A stretch of 63,675 nucleotides of DNA, filler included. It is 6 parts of 6 records of this genome, joined end to end, with 100 filler letters (N's around TTAATTAATTAA, not from the genome) between each part and the next. Parts side by side here need not be neighbours in the genome. Positions count along the whole stretch, not along the records: positions 1 to 26,237 come from DRR723986_14156; 5 more parts are not named here. One strand, 5' to 3'. A program made the translations under genes and the position numbers. Below are positions 10,341 through 20,599 of this stretch, one piece after another (the stretch's first letter is position 1; the number at the start of each line of letters is the position of its first letter). Under the pieces are notes generated by a model. The model saw nothing but the letters and a program-made list of their open reading frames with translations. It was not told the DNA's origin and ran no database searches.

Positions 10341-11744
10341 TTGCCTGATACCCCCACCAAGCGGAGCGAGTCGACCAGCCACCGAATCTGGCAGCTCGCC
10401 TGGCCGACCATTCTGTCCAACCTGCTGTTTACCACAGTAGGTTTCGCGCACATCAAGATCGCGTCTGAACTGGGGACGTCCGCGGTGGCCGCTGTAACCA
10501 CAGGGCACCGCGTGTTTTTCCTGATCCAGGCAGTGATGATGGGACTCTCGGTAGCCGCCACCGCAACGATCGCCCGGGCCTGGGGTGCCGATGACGTGCG
10601 CCGGGCCGAGCAGGCGGCCTGGAGCGCCCTGCAGGTCTCACTCATCCTGGCCGGCGCCCTGGCCCTGCCCAATATACTCTTCCCCACCGCTATCGCGGGC
10701 CTGTTCGGACTGGACCCAGCGACGACCTTGTCCGCTGGCGACTTTATTTTCTGGCTGGGGGTATTCAGCCTCTCATCCGCAGTCAATATGATTCTCTCCA
10801 CCGCACTGCGCGCCACTGGTGATGTGATAACGCCACTGTGGTTTCTTTTATTCAGTTCCACCCTAAACATGCTGTTCGGCTTTCTGCTGGCGCTGGGCAA
10901 GGGGCCATTGCCCGGGTTCGGCGTTGGCGGTATCGCACTTGGGGGCAGTACAGCGGGCTTCATGGTCACCTGTGTGTTCTTCCTGTTCTGGTGGCGCGGG
11001 CGCTTCAACCTGCAGCCGATAAAGCGGCTGGCGGTGGATTGGCCCCGGGTCCGGCAGCTGATCAGCATCGGCGGGCCGGCGATGATCGAGCAGGGCATAA
11101 TCCAGCTGTCGTTCCTGGTGTTCTTCGGCATCGTCGCCCGCTACGGCACCAACGCCTACGCGGCCTACGGGATCGGTATCAGCATCGTGTCATTCCCGAT
11201 CGTTATCGGCTTTGGCTTCGGTATCGCGGCAGCGACCCTGGTGGGCCAACAACTCGGTGCGGGACGGCCGGAGCTGGCGATCGCGGCAGGCTGGCGGTCC
11301 CTGAGATTGGCGCTGCTGGCGATGGTGTTGGGCTCGATCGTACTGGTGGTGTTCGTCGACGAACTGGCGCGGTTCATGATCGATGACCCGGAAGTGGTCC
11401 ATTTCACCAGGATATTCCTTTACATGATCGCGGCCGCCCAGCCGCTGATGGCCTGTGAGATGACCCTGGCCGGTGCCCTGCGCGGGGCTGGCGACACCCG
11501 CTTCCCCCTGTTCTCGACCTTCTGCGGGCTGATGCTGGGCCGGCTGATACCCGCCTGGATATTCGCCCAGGCCGGATTCTCGGTGTACTGGATCTTCGCG
11601 GTGATGATCTTCGACTACACGATCAAGGCCATCCTGCTTATCCACCGTTTCCGCTCCCACAAATGGCTGGAAACACGCCTCGGTGATGAGTGGACTCCCG
11701 TTCCCCGGGTGGTTTCTGTGGACAGCGACAAAAAAAATACTTAA
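10341..11744 (+). CDS. MATE family efflux transporter
   Basis: LAWPTI, LRATGD..TPL, LRGAGDTRFP; about 12 hydrophobic segments. Confidence 0.92.
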   Translation: MPDTPTKRSESTSHRIWQLAWPTILSNLLFTTVGFAHIKIASELGTSAVAAVTTGHRVFFLIQAVMMGLSVAATATIARAWGADDVRRAEQAAWSALQVSLILAGALALPNILFPTAIAGLFGLDPATTLSAGDFIFWLGVFSLSSAVNMILSTALRATGDVITPLWFLLFSSTLNMLFGFLLALGKGPLPGFGVGGIALGGSTAGFMVTCVFFLFWWRGRFNLQPIKRLAVDWPRVRQLISIGGPAMIEQGIIQLSFLVFFGIVARYGTNAYAAYGIGISIVSFPIVIGFGFGIAAATLVGQQLGAGRPELAIAAGWRSLRLALLAMVLGSIVLVVFVDELARFMIDDPEVVHFTRIFLYMIAAAQPLMACEMTLAGALRGAGDTRFPLFSTFCGLMLGRLIPAWIFAQAGFSVYWIFAVMIFDYTIKAILLIHRFRSHKWLETRLGDEWTPVPRVVSVDSDKKNT

Positions 11745-11814
11745 AGTTCGAACTTCAAACTAAAAAGTGGATTCCACCCGGGCGTAACCCTGCCCGGGCC
11801 TGCTCACGGATGCT

Positions 11815-13092
11815 ATGGACCCCAGCAAACCCGCCTCGCCTTTCAATCGCACAGCCCAGCACGACGCCAAGCGCGCCGCGATCCTGTCGCAGGCGGCAAA
11901 ACTGTTCAATTCCAAGGGATCACGGGCAACCACGCTCAAGGACATCGCGGCCAGCCTGGGGCTGACCAAGACCAGCCTCTACTACTACGTCAAAACCAAG
12001 GAAGAGCTGATCTACGAATGCTATATGGCGACCCTGGAACGCAGTCACGCGGCTATGGACGAGGTAGAGCAGGAAACCGACGATCCACTGGAGCGGGCCT
12101 CCCGGTACTTCACCCTTTACTTTGAACAATGGCTGGCAGCGCGGGAGGGCCGGGATGTGCACCTGGCCGCGCTATTGGAGATCGCATCCCTGCGCGGTGC
12201 CCACCGCGAGGCGGTAGAGGCGCAGTACATCGCCATGTTCAAGCGCCTGCGGGGCTATCTGCGAGCGGGTATCGCCAGCGGCCAGTTGCGGCCGGTAGAA
12301 GCCACCTCCGCCACCCGGGCACTGATCGGGTCGGTGGACTGGGTATTCCACTGGCTGCACCAGGTGCCACAAGACACCGTGCGCCAGGTCGCACTCGAGG
12401 CGCTGGACATCCTGTCCCGCGGCCTGTTCGCCGGGCCCGGCGACTACCCGCCGGCAAGCCTGGCTTTCGACAGCCAGCCAAGCCAGAGCGTACAGGGCTT
12501 CGATCGCGACCGGCAAAACCGCATGAAGCAGGAGGCGTTCTTCCGCACCGGGACCCGCTTCTTCAACAAGAAGGGGTTCAACGGGGCTTCGCTGGACGAA
12601 ATCGCAGAGCAGCTCAACGTCTCCAAGGGCGCGTTCTACTACCACATCAACAACAAGGAAGACCTGCTGTTCAACTGCTACAGTTTTTCCCAGGACATTG
12701 TCGGTGAGATCTACGATCGAGCGGCACACAGCGACAGCACGGGCCTGGAGAAGATTGAGCGGGCCTGCCGGGAGATTTTCTTTGTGCAGAACTCGGAGCG
12801 CGGGCCGCTGATACGCTACAACACGATCACCGCCCTGCCACCGCCGCGGCGTCGCAAGATTCTCGAGCGCACCGATGCCAACAACCAGCGCTTCGGCGAT
12901 TTCATCCGCGAGGGCATCGCCGACGGCAGCGTGCGCGACATCAACCCGGAAATCGCCCAGAACCTGATCGCCGGTGCCGTCAATGCCGCGATGGATATCA
13001 GTCTCTGGCGACGAGTGACCGATATCGACGAAGCGGCAATAGATTACTTCGACATCTTCTTTAACGGCCTGCTCCCCAGAGCGGTCGACTAA
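11815..13092 (+). CDS. TetR/AcrR regulator with two tandem TetR modules
   Basis: Two HTH motifs: TTLKDIAASLGLTKTSLYYYVKTKEEL and ASLDEIAEQLNVSKGAFYYHINNKEDL. Confidence 0.92.
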   Translation: MDPSKPASPFNRTAQHDAKRAAILSQAAKLFNSKGSRATTLKDIAASLGLTKTSLYYYVKTKEELIYECYMATLERSHAAMDEVEQETDDPLERASRYFTLYFEQWLAAREGRDVHLAALLEIASLRGAHREAVEAQYIAMFKRLRGYLRAGIASGQLRPVEATSATRALIGSVDWVFHWLHQVPQDTVRQVALEALDILSRGLFAGPGDYPPASLAFDSQPSQSVQGFDRDRQNRMKQEAFFRTGTRFFNKKGFNGASLDEIAEQLNVSKGAFYYHINNKEDLLFNCYSFSQDIVGEIYDRAAHSDSTGLEKIERACREIFFVQNSERGPLIRYNTITALPPPRRRKILERTDANNQRFGDFIREGIADGSVRDINPEIAQNLIAGAVNAAMDISLWRRVTDIDEAAIDYFDIFFNGLLPRAVD

Positions 13093-13114
13093 CGCTTGCC
13101 TACAGGAAACCGAA

Positions 13115-13972
13115 GTGCCCGATAACCTGGAAAAACTACTTGCCTATCTCGAGGTCGAGCGGATCGACAAGTACCTCTTCGTGGGCAACAGCCCGAGCTA
13201 TCCGCCGCGGATATTCGGCGGGCAGGTGCTCGCGCAATCACTGAATGCCGCGACCCGCAGCGTGGAGGAGGACCGCATTGCGCACTCCATGCACGCCTAC
13301 TTCCTCCGTCCCGGTGACCCCGGCAAGCAAATCGTGTTCGAAGTTGACCCGATCAGGGATGGGCGCAGCTTCACTACCCGCCGGGTAGTGGCGAAGCAGG
13401 ACGGCCGTGCGATTTTCAGTACCTCGGTGTCGTTCCAGACGGATGAAGACGGGCTGGAGCACCAGGCCGTCATGCCCGACGTGCCGCCGCCCGAGGCGGT
13501 GGAAAGCGATGCGGATTTCTGGGGTCGCATGGCCGAAGAACAGCCCGACAAGTTCAAAGCCCCGCCCCGGCAAGCCATCGAGCGGCGTAATCTTACCCGG
13601 CGCGACTATGCCAATCCGCAACCGGCAGATCCGGTGCAGCACATGTGGTTCCGGGCACCCGAAGGACTCGGCGATGAGCTTAACCAGCACCAGACGGTGC
13701 TGGCCTATATTTCAGACTTCGGCCTGCTGGGGGCCGCTACCCTGCCCCACCCCTACACGGGCATGAGCAAGGACCTGCAAGCGGCGAGCCTGGATCACGC
13801 CATCTGGTTCCATAAACCCTTTCGGGCAGACGAGTACCTGCTGTACACCATGGACAGCACCTGCGCCGCCGGAGGCCGAGGCTTCAGCCGCGGTATGTTC
13901 TTCACCCGCGAGGGGGAACTGGTCGCCTCAACGGTGCAGGAGTCACTGATACGCGTGCGCGCCAGCGATTAA
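13115..13972 (+). CDS. tesB: Acyl-CoA thioesterase II
   Basis: IFGGQVLAQ, HSMHAYFLRPG, RDGRSFTTRRV, ASLDHAIWFH, VAST.QE. Confidence 0.93.
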   Translation: MPDNLEKLLAYLEVERIDKYLFVGNSPSYPPRIFGGQVLAQSLNAATRSVEEDRIAHSMHAYFLRPGDPGKQIVFEVDPIRDGRSFTTRRVVAKQDGRAIFSTSVSFQTDEDGLEHQAVMPDVPPPEAVESDADFWGRMAEEQPDKFKAPPRQAIERRNLTRRDYANPQPADPVQHMWFRAPEGLGDELNQHQTVLAYISDFGLLGAATLPHPYTGMSKDLQAASLDHAIWFHKPFRADEYLLYTMDSTCAAGGRGFSRGMFFTREGELVASTVQESLIRVRASD

Positions 13973-13980
13973 GGAGCGCT

Positions 13981-14244
13981 CTAACGCCTGCGAGAGCATG
14001 CGGGCATACAGGTAAATCCATTAGAGCTGCGGACACAGTATTGTGCGGTCGGCCCCATACTCGCCCTACCCCGGGGCGGCATATAACAGGCATTACTCAA
14101 CTGTGGCCTACTCTCGGTATCAGCCATCAACTGAGCCAACGGCCCTTCCTGCTTCGCCAGCTGCAGGGACGAGCCGGCCTCCAATCCCGTACAGCCTGTC
14201 ACCAACAAGCCTAGTATCAATGTTCCAATTACACGATTACACAT
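13981..14244 (-). CDS. Small putative lipoprotein with four C-terminal cysteines
   Basis: GGAGGT RBS just before ATG 14244; hydrophobic N-terminus with lipobox LVTG-C. Confidence 0.6.
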   Translation of the reverse strand: MCNRVIGTLILGLLVTGCTGLEAGSSLQLAKQEGPLAQLMADTESRPQLSNACYMPPRGRASMGPTAQYCVRSSNGFTCMPACSRRR

Positions 14245-14563
14245 ACCCGGCCACCTCCCTGGCAACCACATAACGACAAACCCGCAGAATCCGCGAGAAC
14301 CTGTAAATCAACGACTTGTCATTATTCGTATGTGCGCACAGCTGGTGCGTCTGAAGTGGCGCAAGGACCCATTTGAGTGCAGGAAGCAGCCAGAAAGGAG
14401 TAATAGCATGCGCGCAACAGAGTTCCTGCAATTCACATGCCATGGCAAGCTGTGACCAATCAGCTAGAGAATCAATCATGGGAATGCTTGCGCGGATCTG
14501 GCCGACCAGGGTGGCGGAACCAGCGGCGCAAGTCGTGCAGAATGCGCTGGCAGGAATAGGAGC

Positions 14564-15115
14564 CTAGTTAACTACCGTGGCCATCTCGCGGCCCAGGGTT
14601 ACCAGCGCAAGCTGATCATCGGCGAGCCGCAGCTGGGTTATCGATCCGTTGTCCGGCCAGAAGCAAAGGGTCTCTTGTCTGGCCAGCAGGTGCCCAACGA
14701 TCGCATTGATCACCAGAAAGTGGGTGAAGAACACGGCATCGCCGGTTTGCTCAAGCATGAGGTCGAGGGCGCTCTGGCGCCACTGCAGCAGGAGTTCCGG
14801 CTGCTCACCCCACTGCTGGCCCATGAAACCGCGCAACCAGTCCTGACGGGCCGCCAACGGCACGGGCGAGGGGATTTCACGGATACGCTCATCGATCAGG
14901 GCTTGCTGGTCCAGCGCCAGAGCCAGCGGCTCAGCAGTTTCCCGGGCTCGCGCCAGGGGGCTGCTGTAAAGTCGCGCCCCGGCAGGCAGTGCATCGAGCA
15001 ACAGCCGGGCCGACTCGGCGGCTTGACGTACACCAAGCTCGCTGAGGCCAGGATCACTGTGCTCGCCCCACTTTGCCGCGGCCTCGCCGTGCCGCACCAG
15101 GTATAGATTCATCAC
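14564..15115 (-). CDS. Histidine phosphatase family protein
   Basis: LVRHGE, SSPLARARETA, FFTH. Confidence 0.9.
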   Translation of the reverse strand: MMNLYLVRHGEAAAKWGEHSDPGLSELGVRQAAESARLLLDALPAGARLYSSPLARARETAEPLALALDQQALIDERIREIPSPVPLAARQDWLRGFMGQQWGEQPELLLQWRQSALDLMLEQTGDAVFFTHFLVINAIVGHLLARQETLCFWPDNGSITQLRLADDQLALVTLGREMATVVN

Positions 15116-15823
15116 TCAGCGATAGCTGACGAGATTCTCGCCCAGCTGTGCACCCAACAGCTGGAGGAAGGAGCGGTCGTTGAAGTAAGACAGCGACACC
15201 TTGTCGCCGCTGTAGAACAGCTGGCTTATCGAGCAGTTGAACACAGGCTCGTAGTACTTGTAGGCATGCTCGCCACCGAGGCCGAGCACCTGCGATACCG
15301 CCGTGGCGATGGTGCCACCGGAGGTAAAAATTGCGACCGTCTTGCCGCCGCCCTGCTCGCGCATCACGTCGGCGAGTCCGTTGCGCACCCCACCCGAATA
15401 GTCTGCCCAGCTCTGGATGTTGGGTTCATCACACTCGGGAGAAACCCAGTAGTTGAAAACCGCATCGATGACTTTTTGGTAGTCCTTGCTGGAGCTCAGG
15501 CCCTTGGCCATCAACTGTTCGATATGCGGCTGGGTCTTGACCACGTGGGGGATCAGGTATTCGAGGTGCTCGTCGTTGTTGACCTCATTGAAGCGGGGGT
15601 CGATATGGTGGGTAACGGCCGTCGGCTGGCTGGCCAGCGCCAGCTCCGCTGTTTCACGCTGGCGCACCAAGGAACCGCTATAGGCCGCGTCGAAGGTAAT
15701 ACCGCAGTCACGCAAATAGTGGCCGGTAACCTCGGCCTGCCGCCTGCCTAGCGGCGAGAGCTTGTCGTAGTCATCAGCGCCGAATGAGGCCTGGCCGTGA
15801 CGAATCAGGTAAATAGTCGCCAT
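15116..15823 (-). CDS. Histidine phosphatase family protein
   Basis: LIRHGQASFG..DYD.LS, SGSL.RQRETA, FTSGGTI. Confidence 0.9.
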   Translation of the reverse strand: MATIYLIRHGQASFGADDYDKLSPLGRRQAEVTGHYLRDCGITFDAAYSGSLVRQRETAELALASQPTAVTHHIDPRFNEVNNDEHLEYLIPHVVKTQPHIEQLMAKGLSSSKDYQKVIDAVFNYWVSPECDEPNIQSWADYSGGVRNGLADVMREQGGGKTVAIFTSGGTIATAVSQVLGLGGEHAYKYYEPVFNCSISQLFYSGDKVSLSYFNDRSFLQLLGAQLGENLVSYR

Positions 15824-17565
15824 CAGGCCGTCTCCACCATTGGCTGTTGCTCGCGATTGAAGCGCAACTTGCGTCGATAGGGAAAGAAATCGTCGACATA
15901 GCCGGTACGGATCTTGTCCTGGATACCGATCCAGAACGAGGCCTCATAGATGTCGCTGTGCATGGCATCGAACACCTTGCGCGCCCGCTGGTTCCCGGAA
16001 AAGAACAGCCGGAACTCCTCGGGGAAAATATCGTTGGGGCCGACGTTGTACCAGGGCGTGCTCGCCATCTCTTCCATCTCGTTACGCGGCTCGGGGATGA
16101 CCCGAAAGTTGCAGTCCAGCAGCGGCACAATTTCGTCGTAATCGTAAAACACCACCCGCCCGTGACGGGTAACGCCAAAGTTCTTCAGCAGCATGTCACC
16201 CGGGAAAATATTTGCCGCGGCAAGCTGCTTGATCGCGTTGCCGTACTCGTCCATCACCGCCACAACCTGCTCATCGGTCGCATCCTGCAGGTAGAGATTG
16301 AGCGGGGTCATCCGGCGCTCGACATAGACGTGCTTGATGATCAGTGCCTTACCGTGCTCCTCGATCTTTGAGGGCGCGACCCGGTGCAGTTCTTCCATCA
16401 GTTCATCAGAGAAGCGGTCACGGGCGAAAGCCAGGTTCTTGAACTCCTGGGTATCCGCCATTCGGCCGACCCGGTCCCAGCGTTTTACCAGGCTGTACTT
16501 GGCCTTAACCTCGTCCTCGGTCATATCTTTCGGCGGCGTGAAACGATCCTTGATGATCTTGAACACGAAATCATAGGACGGCAGGGTAAACACGCTCATC
16601 ACCATGCCTTTGATGCCCGGCGCAATCACGAACTTGTCGCTGGTGCTGGTCATATGGCGATAGGCGCAGCGGTGGTAATAGGTCTTGCCGTGCTTGTTGT
16701 AACCCATCGCACTGTAGATCTCGGAGATCGGCTTGGCCGGCATCAGGGTCTGCAGGAACAGTACGTACTGGGAGGGAATGCTGGCATCCACCATGAAATA
16801 CGATCGGGTAAAACTGAAAATCACACTGCAACGATCCGAGCCAAACAGTACCGTGTCGACAAACACGCCACCGGCCTCGTTGTGCAGGATGGGCAGCACA
16901 AAGGGCATGGTCTGTCCGCCAGACAGAATCCTGCCGACTATATAGGCGCCCTTGTTGCGATAGAAATGGTGCTCCAGCACCTGCACCTCGATGCCTTCAT
17001 GCGCCAGGTTGAACCGATGCGCGAGTACCGTGTCCACAACCTCAACAATGCTGCGCACATCGCGAGCCAGGTCTTCATACGGCAGGTTCATTGCGTAGGC
17101 TTCGAGCAGTTCGGTAAACAGGTCCGCAAAGCCACTGGTCAGCCGGAAGGTGCGGTATACGCGGCTCATATCCGACGGCGGCATATCACCGTGGGGCGAG
17201 AAGACGAAGGCGTACTCATCGCGGATCTTGCGGTGCTTGAATACCGCACAATACACCGAGTTGAAGAAGGTCTCGGCAATCTCGAAATTATTGTGCCCGC
17301 GAATCAGGTTGGCATAGCTGGTGCGCGACTCCCGCCAGAAGTTGAGGTCGTGCAGGTCGTCGCCGGCAATGAGTTCGACAACATCGAGCACCTGCTGGGT
17401 CTTGTCCTTGTACAGGTCTATCCGCTGGATAGAGGCCTGCTGCATACCCAGCCAGTCGGCATTCTCAAAGCGTGACCTGGCCGCCAGGGTAATGTTCTGG
17501 AAATCGGCGAAATAGGATTCAAACCCGTTCAGGATGGTGCGCGCAAAGCGCTCACGCTTTTCCAA
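15823..17565 (-). CDS. aceK: Isocitrate dehydrogenase kinase/phosphatase
   Basis: IAETFFNSV, APGIKGMVM.VF, DRVGRMADTQEF, NIFPGDMLLKNFGVTRHGRVVFYDYDE. Confidence 0.97.
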   Translation of the reverse strand: MEKRERFARTILNGFESYFADFQNITLAARSRFENADWLGMQQASIQRIDLYKDKTQQVLDVVELIAGDDLHDLNFWRESRTSYANLIRGHNNFEIAETFFNSVYCAVFKHRKIRDEYAFVFSPHGDMPPSDMSRVYRTFRLTSGFADLFTELLEAYAMNLPYEDLARDVRSIVEVVDTVLAHRFNLAHEGIEVQVLEHHFYRNKGAYIVGRILSGGQTMPFVLPILHNEAGGVFVDTVLFGSDRCSVIFSFTRSYFMVDASIPSQYVLFLQTLMPAKPISEIYSAMGYNKHGKTYYHRCAYRHMTSTSDKFVIAPGIKGMVMSVFTLPSYDFVFKIIKDRFTPPKDMTEDEVKAKYSLVKRWDRVGRMADTQEFKNLAFARDRFSDELMEELHRVAPSKIEEHGKALIIKHVYVERRMTPLNLYLQDATDEQVVAVMDEYGNAIKQLAAANIFPGDMLLKNFGVTRHGRVVFYDYDEIVPLLDCNFRVIPEPRNEMEEMASTPWYNVGPNDIFPEEFRLFFSGNQRARKVFDAMHSDIYEASFWIGIQDKIRTGYVDDFFPYRRKLRFNREQQPMVETA

Positions 17566-17592
17566 GGAAAACTCCGCTCAGTGCTGGGATAC

Positions 17593-18384
17593 CTAGATTG
17601 TAGGGTTGCCGAAACGGCGGCGCAATTTGCGCATACCGCCGAGCCAGCGGTCATAGTCCGCTGCCTTGCGAGCGCGGTACTCGATTACTTCCTTGTGCGG
17701 CAGGATCAGGAACGACTCCGCAGCGATACCCTGTACCACCGCCTCGGCGACATCTGCCGGCGACAGCACGCCGTCCACCCCTGCGGTACCACCGTCCTCG
17801 ATGCTGCCAATCATCCGGGTAGCAACCGCCTGGGGGCACAGGCAGGACACTTTTATCCCGTCATCGCCGTGGGTAATGGCAAGGGACTCGGCAAAGCCCA
17901 CCGCGGCATGTTTGGTTGTTGAATAAGCCGCATCGCCAATCTGGTTCAGCAGGCCAGCGGCCGAGGCAGTATTGAGGAAGTAGCCCTCGCCGCGGGCGAT
18001 CATGCCCGGCAGGCAGGCCCGGGCCGCCCACACATGCGACATCACGTGAATATCCCACATCGCCTGCCAGGTCGCATTCGACGCGGAAGAGGCATACCAG
18101 GGTTCGCCGTCACCGGCGATGATGCCGGCATTACTGCAGAACAGGTCGATGCGACCGTAGTCCGCCTCTACCTGGGCGACCATGGCGGCGATCTGTTGTT
18201 CGTCGCGTACGTCGACCCCATAGGCATCCGCGTCGATGCTGGCGGCAAAGGCCCTGGCGTTATCTTCCTCGAGGTCGACGACCACGACTTTCTCAGCACC
18301 CTCAGCGTGGAAGCGCTCACAGAGCGCTCGACCAATACCGTTGGCGCCGCCAGTAACAACAACGACCTTGCCGCCGATCTGCAT
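17593..18384 (-). CDS. Short-chain dehydrogenase/reductase
   Basis: TGGANGIG, NAG, YSTTK. Confidence 0.93.
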   Translation of the reverse strand: MQIGGKVVVVTGGANGIGRALCERFHAEGAEKVVVVDLEEDNARAFAASIDADAYGVDVRDEQQIAAMVAQVEADYGRIDLFCSNAGIIAGDGEPWYASSASNATWQAMWDIHVMSHVWAARACLPGMIARGEGYFLNTASAAGLLNQIGDAAYSTTKHAAVGFAESLAITHGDDGIKVSCLCPQAVATRMIGSIEDGGTAGVDGVLSPADVAEAVVQGIAAESFLILPHKEVIEYRARKAADYDRWLGGMRKLRRRFGNPTI

Positions 18385-19424
18385 CAGAGCATTTCCTGGG
18401 CGAACAGCTCCAGTACCGCAGTGTCATGCACGCCCAACAGCATCGTGCCTACTTCACCGCGCTTGCCGGCTTCCTTCCAGGGCGCCAGACGCTCGATGAT
18501 CCGCTCCCGCGGACCCACCAGGGCGACTTCATCCAGCAGGGAATTGGGCACCAGGGCCTCGGCCTCGGCCTTCTTGCCGCTGAGATACAGTTCCTGGATC
18601 TGGGTGGCCTCATCGCCGTAACCCAGCCGGGTGGCATAGTCGTTATAGAAGTTCTTGTTCTTGGCACCCATGCCGCCGATATACAGGGCCAGCCAGGGGC
18701 GCAGCGAGTCGTAGGCCGCATCGAGGTCGTCGTTCATCGCCACCGATACAAACGGCGCGATATCAAAGTCCTTCAGGCTCTTGCCGTTACCCGCCTTGTC
18801 GAAACCCTTCTGGATATGCTCGCCGATAACGTCGTACTTGTTCGGGTCCATCCACACCGGGAACACGCCGTCAGCTACCTCACCCGCGCAACGCAGGCCC
18901 GCCGGGGTAATCGACGCGGTATAGATCGGGATGTTGGGGTTGCCTTCGAGAATCGACTTCAGGGGCTTGCCCAGACCGGTCGTTCCCTCGCCCTTGTTCG
19001 GCATCTGGTAGATTTCGCCGTCAAACTCCACCGGACCCTGGCGCTCGAAGATCTTGCGCATGATCTCGATGTACTCTTTGGTACGGGTAACCGGCTTGCC
19101 ATAGGGCACACCGTGCCAGCCTTCAACCACCTGGGGCCCGGATGCGCCGAGACCGGCGATAAAGCGGCCACCGGAGAGCTGGTCCAGGGACATGGCCGTC
19201 ATTGCGCACATGGCGGGAGTTCGCGCCGGCATCTGCATGATCGCAGTACCAACCCGGATTTTCTCCGTCTGCGCCAGCACCCAGGTGGCGGCGGTCACGG
19301 CGTCGTTACCGTAGGCTTCCGCGGTCCAGACGGAATCGTAGCCCATGGCTTCCGCGGTCTTGATCAGTTCCAGCGGTATGTGAATGTGCTTGCCCGAGTA
19401 GCCCAGCAAAAATCCGAGTTTCAT
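18384..19424 (-). CDS. LLM-class (luciferase-like) oxidoreductase resembling the F420-dependent subfamily
   Basis: GYDSVWTAEAYG.DA, ARTPAM.AMTA, GLGASGPQVVEGWHG, LYIGGMGA; start ATG 19424 behind GGAG. Confidence 0.88.
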   Translation of the reverse strand: MKLGFLLGYSGKHIHIPLELIKTAEAMGYDSVWTAEAYGNDAVTAATWVLAQTEKIRVGTAIMQMPARTPAMCAMTAMSLDQLSGGRFIAGLGASGPQVVEGWHGVPYGKPVTRTKEYIEIMRKIFERQGPVEFDGEIYQMPNKGEGTTGLGKPLKSILEGNPNIPIYTASITPAGLRCAGEVADGVFPVWMDPNKYDVIGEHIQKGFDKAGNGKSLKDFDIAPFVSVAMNDDLDAAYDSLRPWLALYIGGMGAKNKNFYNDYATRLGYGDEATQIQELYLSGKKAEAEALVPNSLLDEVALVGPRERIIERLAPWKEAGKRGEVGTMLLGVHDTAVLELFAQEML

Positions 19425-19443
19425 GGTGATTCTCCCGTGAGAA

Positions 19444-20583
19444 CTAGCTGTTGTAGCGCAGTTCGTTGAATTTGGCCTGGTGATAGGCGCCGTCACCAAA
19501 CACGGTATTGATCATCATCAGGCGCTTGGCGAAGTGTCCGATATCCAGCTCGTCGGTGATACCCATGCCACCGTGAAGCTGGATGGCCTCACCGTACACG
19601 TGCTTGCCCGCTTTATCGACCATCACCTTCAGCGCGTGGAGGGATGCTATTGCATCCTCACTGCCTTCGGTAAGCCCACAGACCGCGCGATACAGCAGCG
19701 AGCGGGTCTGTTCGAAGGACATGAAGGTGTCGACCATGCGGTGCTGCAGGGCCTGGAAGCTGCCAATGGCGACGCCAAACTGTTCCCGGGTCTTGGTGTA
19801 TTCCAGGGTCTTGGCGTTGAGCTGGCCCATGATGCCCAGGGCTTCGGCGGCCGTGGCAATGATGACGTCCTGTTCCACCTGCTCGATCAGGGACAGGCCC
19901 TCGCCCGCCGCGCCAACAAGGCTGGCTGCCGGCACGGTAACGCCGCTGAAGGTGATGTTCGCCACCAGCTGTCCGTCCATCAAACGGTAGGTTTTCTTCT
20001 CAACACCGGCGGCGTCCGCCGGCACCAGGAACAGGCTGATACCCGTCGGGTCAGACTGCTCGCCGCTGGTACGCGCAGAGACCAGCAGTTGGTCGGCATT
20101 GGCGCCGTTAAGCACAACCACTTTCTCGCCGTTGATCACGTAGTTGTCGCCGTCAGCCGTCGCCGTGGTTTTCACATCCGCCAGCTCGTAGCGCCCCTGG
20201 CGCTCGAGGTAGGCAAACGCACCGAGCAGACTGCCGTCGATAATCTGCGGGATCAGCGCTTCCTGCTGGGCGGCGGTTCCGCCTTTCTGCAGCAGGCCGC
20301 CAAACATCAACACCGTGGCGATATAGGGCTCAACAACCAGCCCCTTGCCCAACTCTTCCATCACCACCATGACATCCACGGGGCTGCCGCCGAAACCGCC
20401 GTGCTCCTCGGCAAACGGCACCGAAAGCCAGCCCAGTTCGGCAAAGGTCTGCCAGTTTTCGCGGCTGAAGCCAGTCTCTGAACTGGCGATGGCGCGGCGG
20501 GTGTCAAAATCGTAATCGTCCTGGATGAAGCGGGCTACCGAGTCCCGCAACATGCCCTGTTCTTCGGAAAAATCAAAATTCAT
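19444..20583 (-). CDS. Acyl-CoA dehydrogenase family protein (PimD-like small subunit)
   Basis: MNFDFSEEQ.MLRDSV, REQFG..IGSFQALQHR, QLHGGMG. Confidence 0.9.
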   Translation of the reverse strand: MNFDFSEEQGMLRDSVARFIQDDYDFDTRRAIASSETGFSRENWQTFAELGWLSVPFAEEHGGFGGSPVDVMVVMEELGKGLVVEPYIATVLMFGGLLQKGGTAAQQEALIPQIIDGSLLGAFAYLERQGRYELADVKTTATADGDNYVINGEKVVVLNGANADQLLVSARTSGEQSDPTGISLFLVPADAAGVEKKTYRLMDGQLVANITFSGVTVPAASLVGAAGEGLSLIEQVEQDVIIATAAEALGIMGQLNAKTLEYTKTREQFGVAIGSFQALQHRMVDTFMSFEQTRSLLYRAVCGLTEGSEDAIASLHALKVMVDKAGKHVYGEAIQLHGGMGITDELDIGHFAKRLMMINTVFGDGAYHQAKFNELRYNS

Positions 20584-20599
20584 GTGTATCTCCCACCTC

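Noticed and set aside
14237-14567. Short Cys-containing ORFs 14237-14479 (-) and 14373-14567 (+)
   Set aside because: No RBS or motif support; more likely the upstream region of the small lipoprotein gene.
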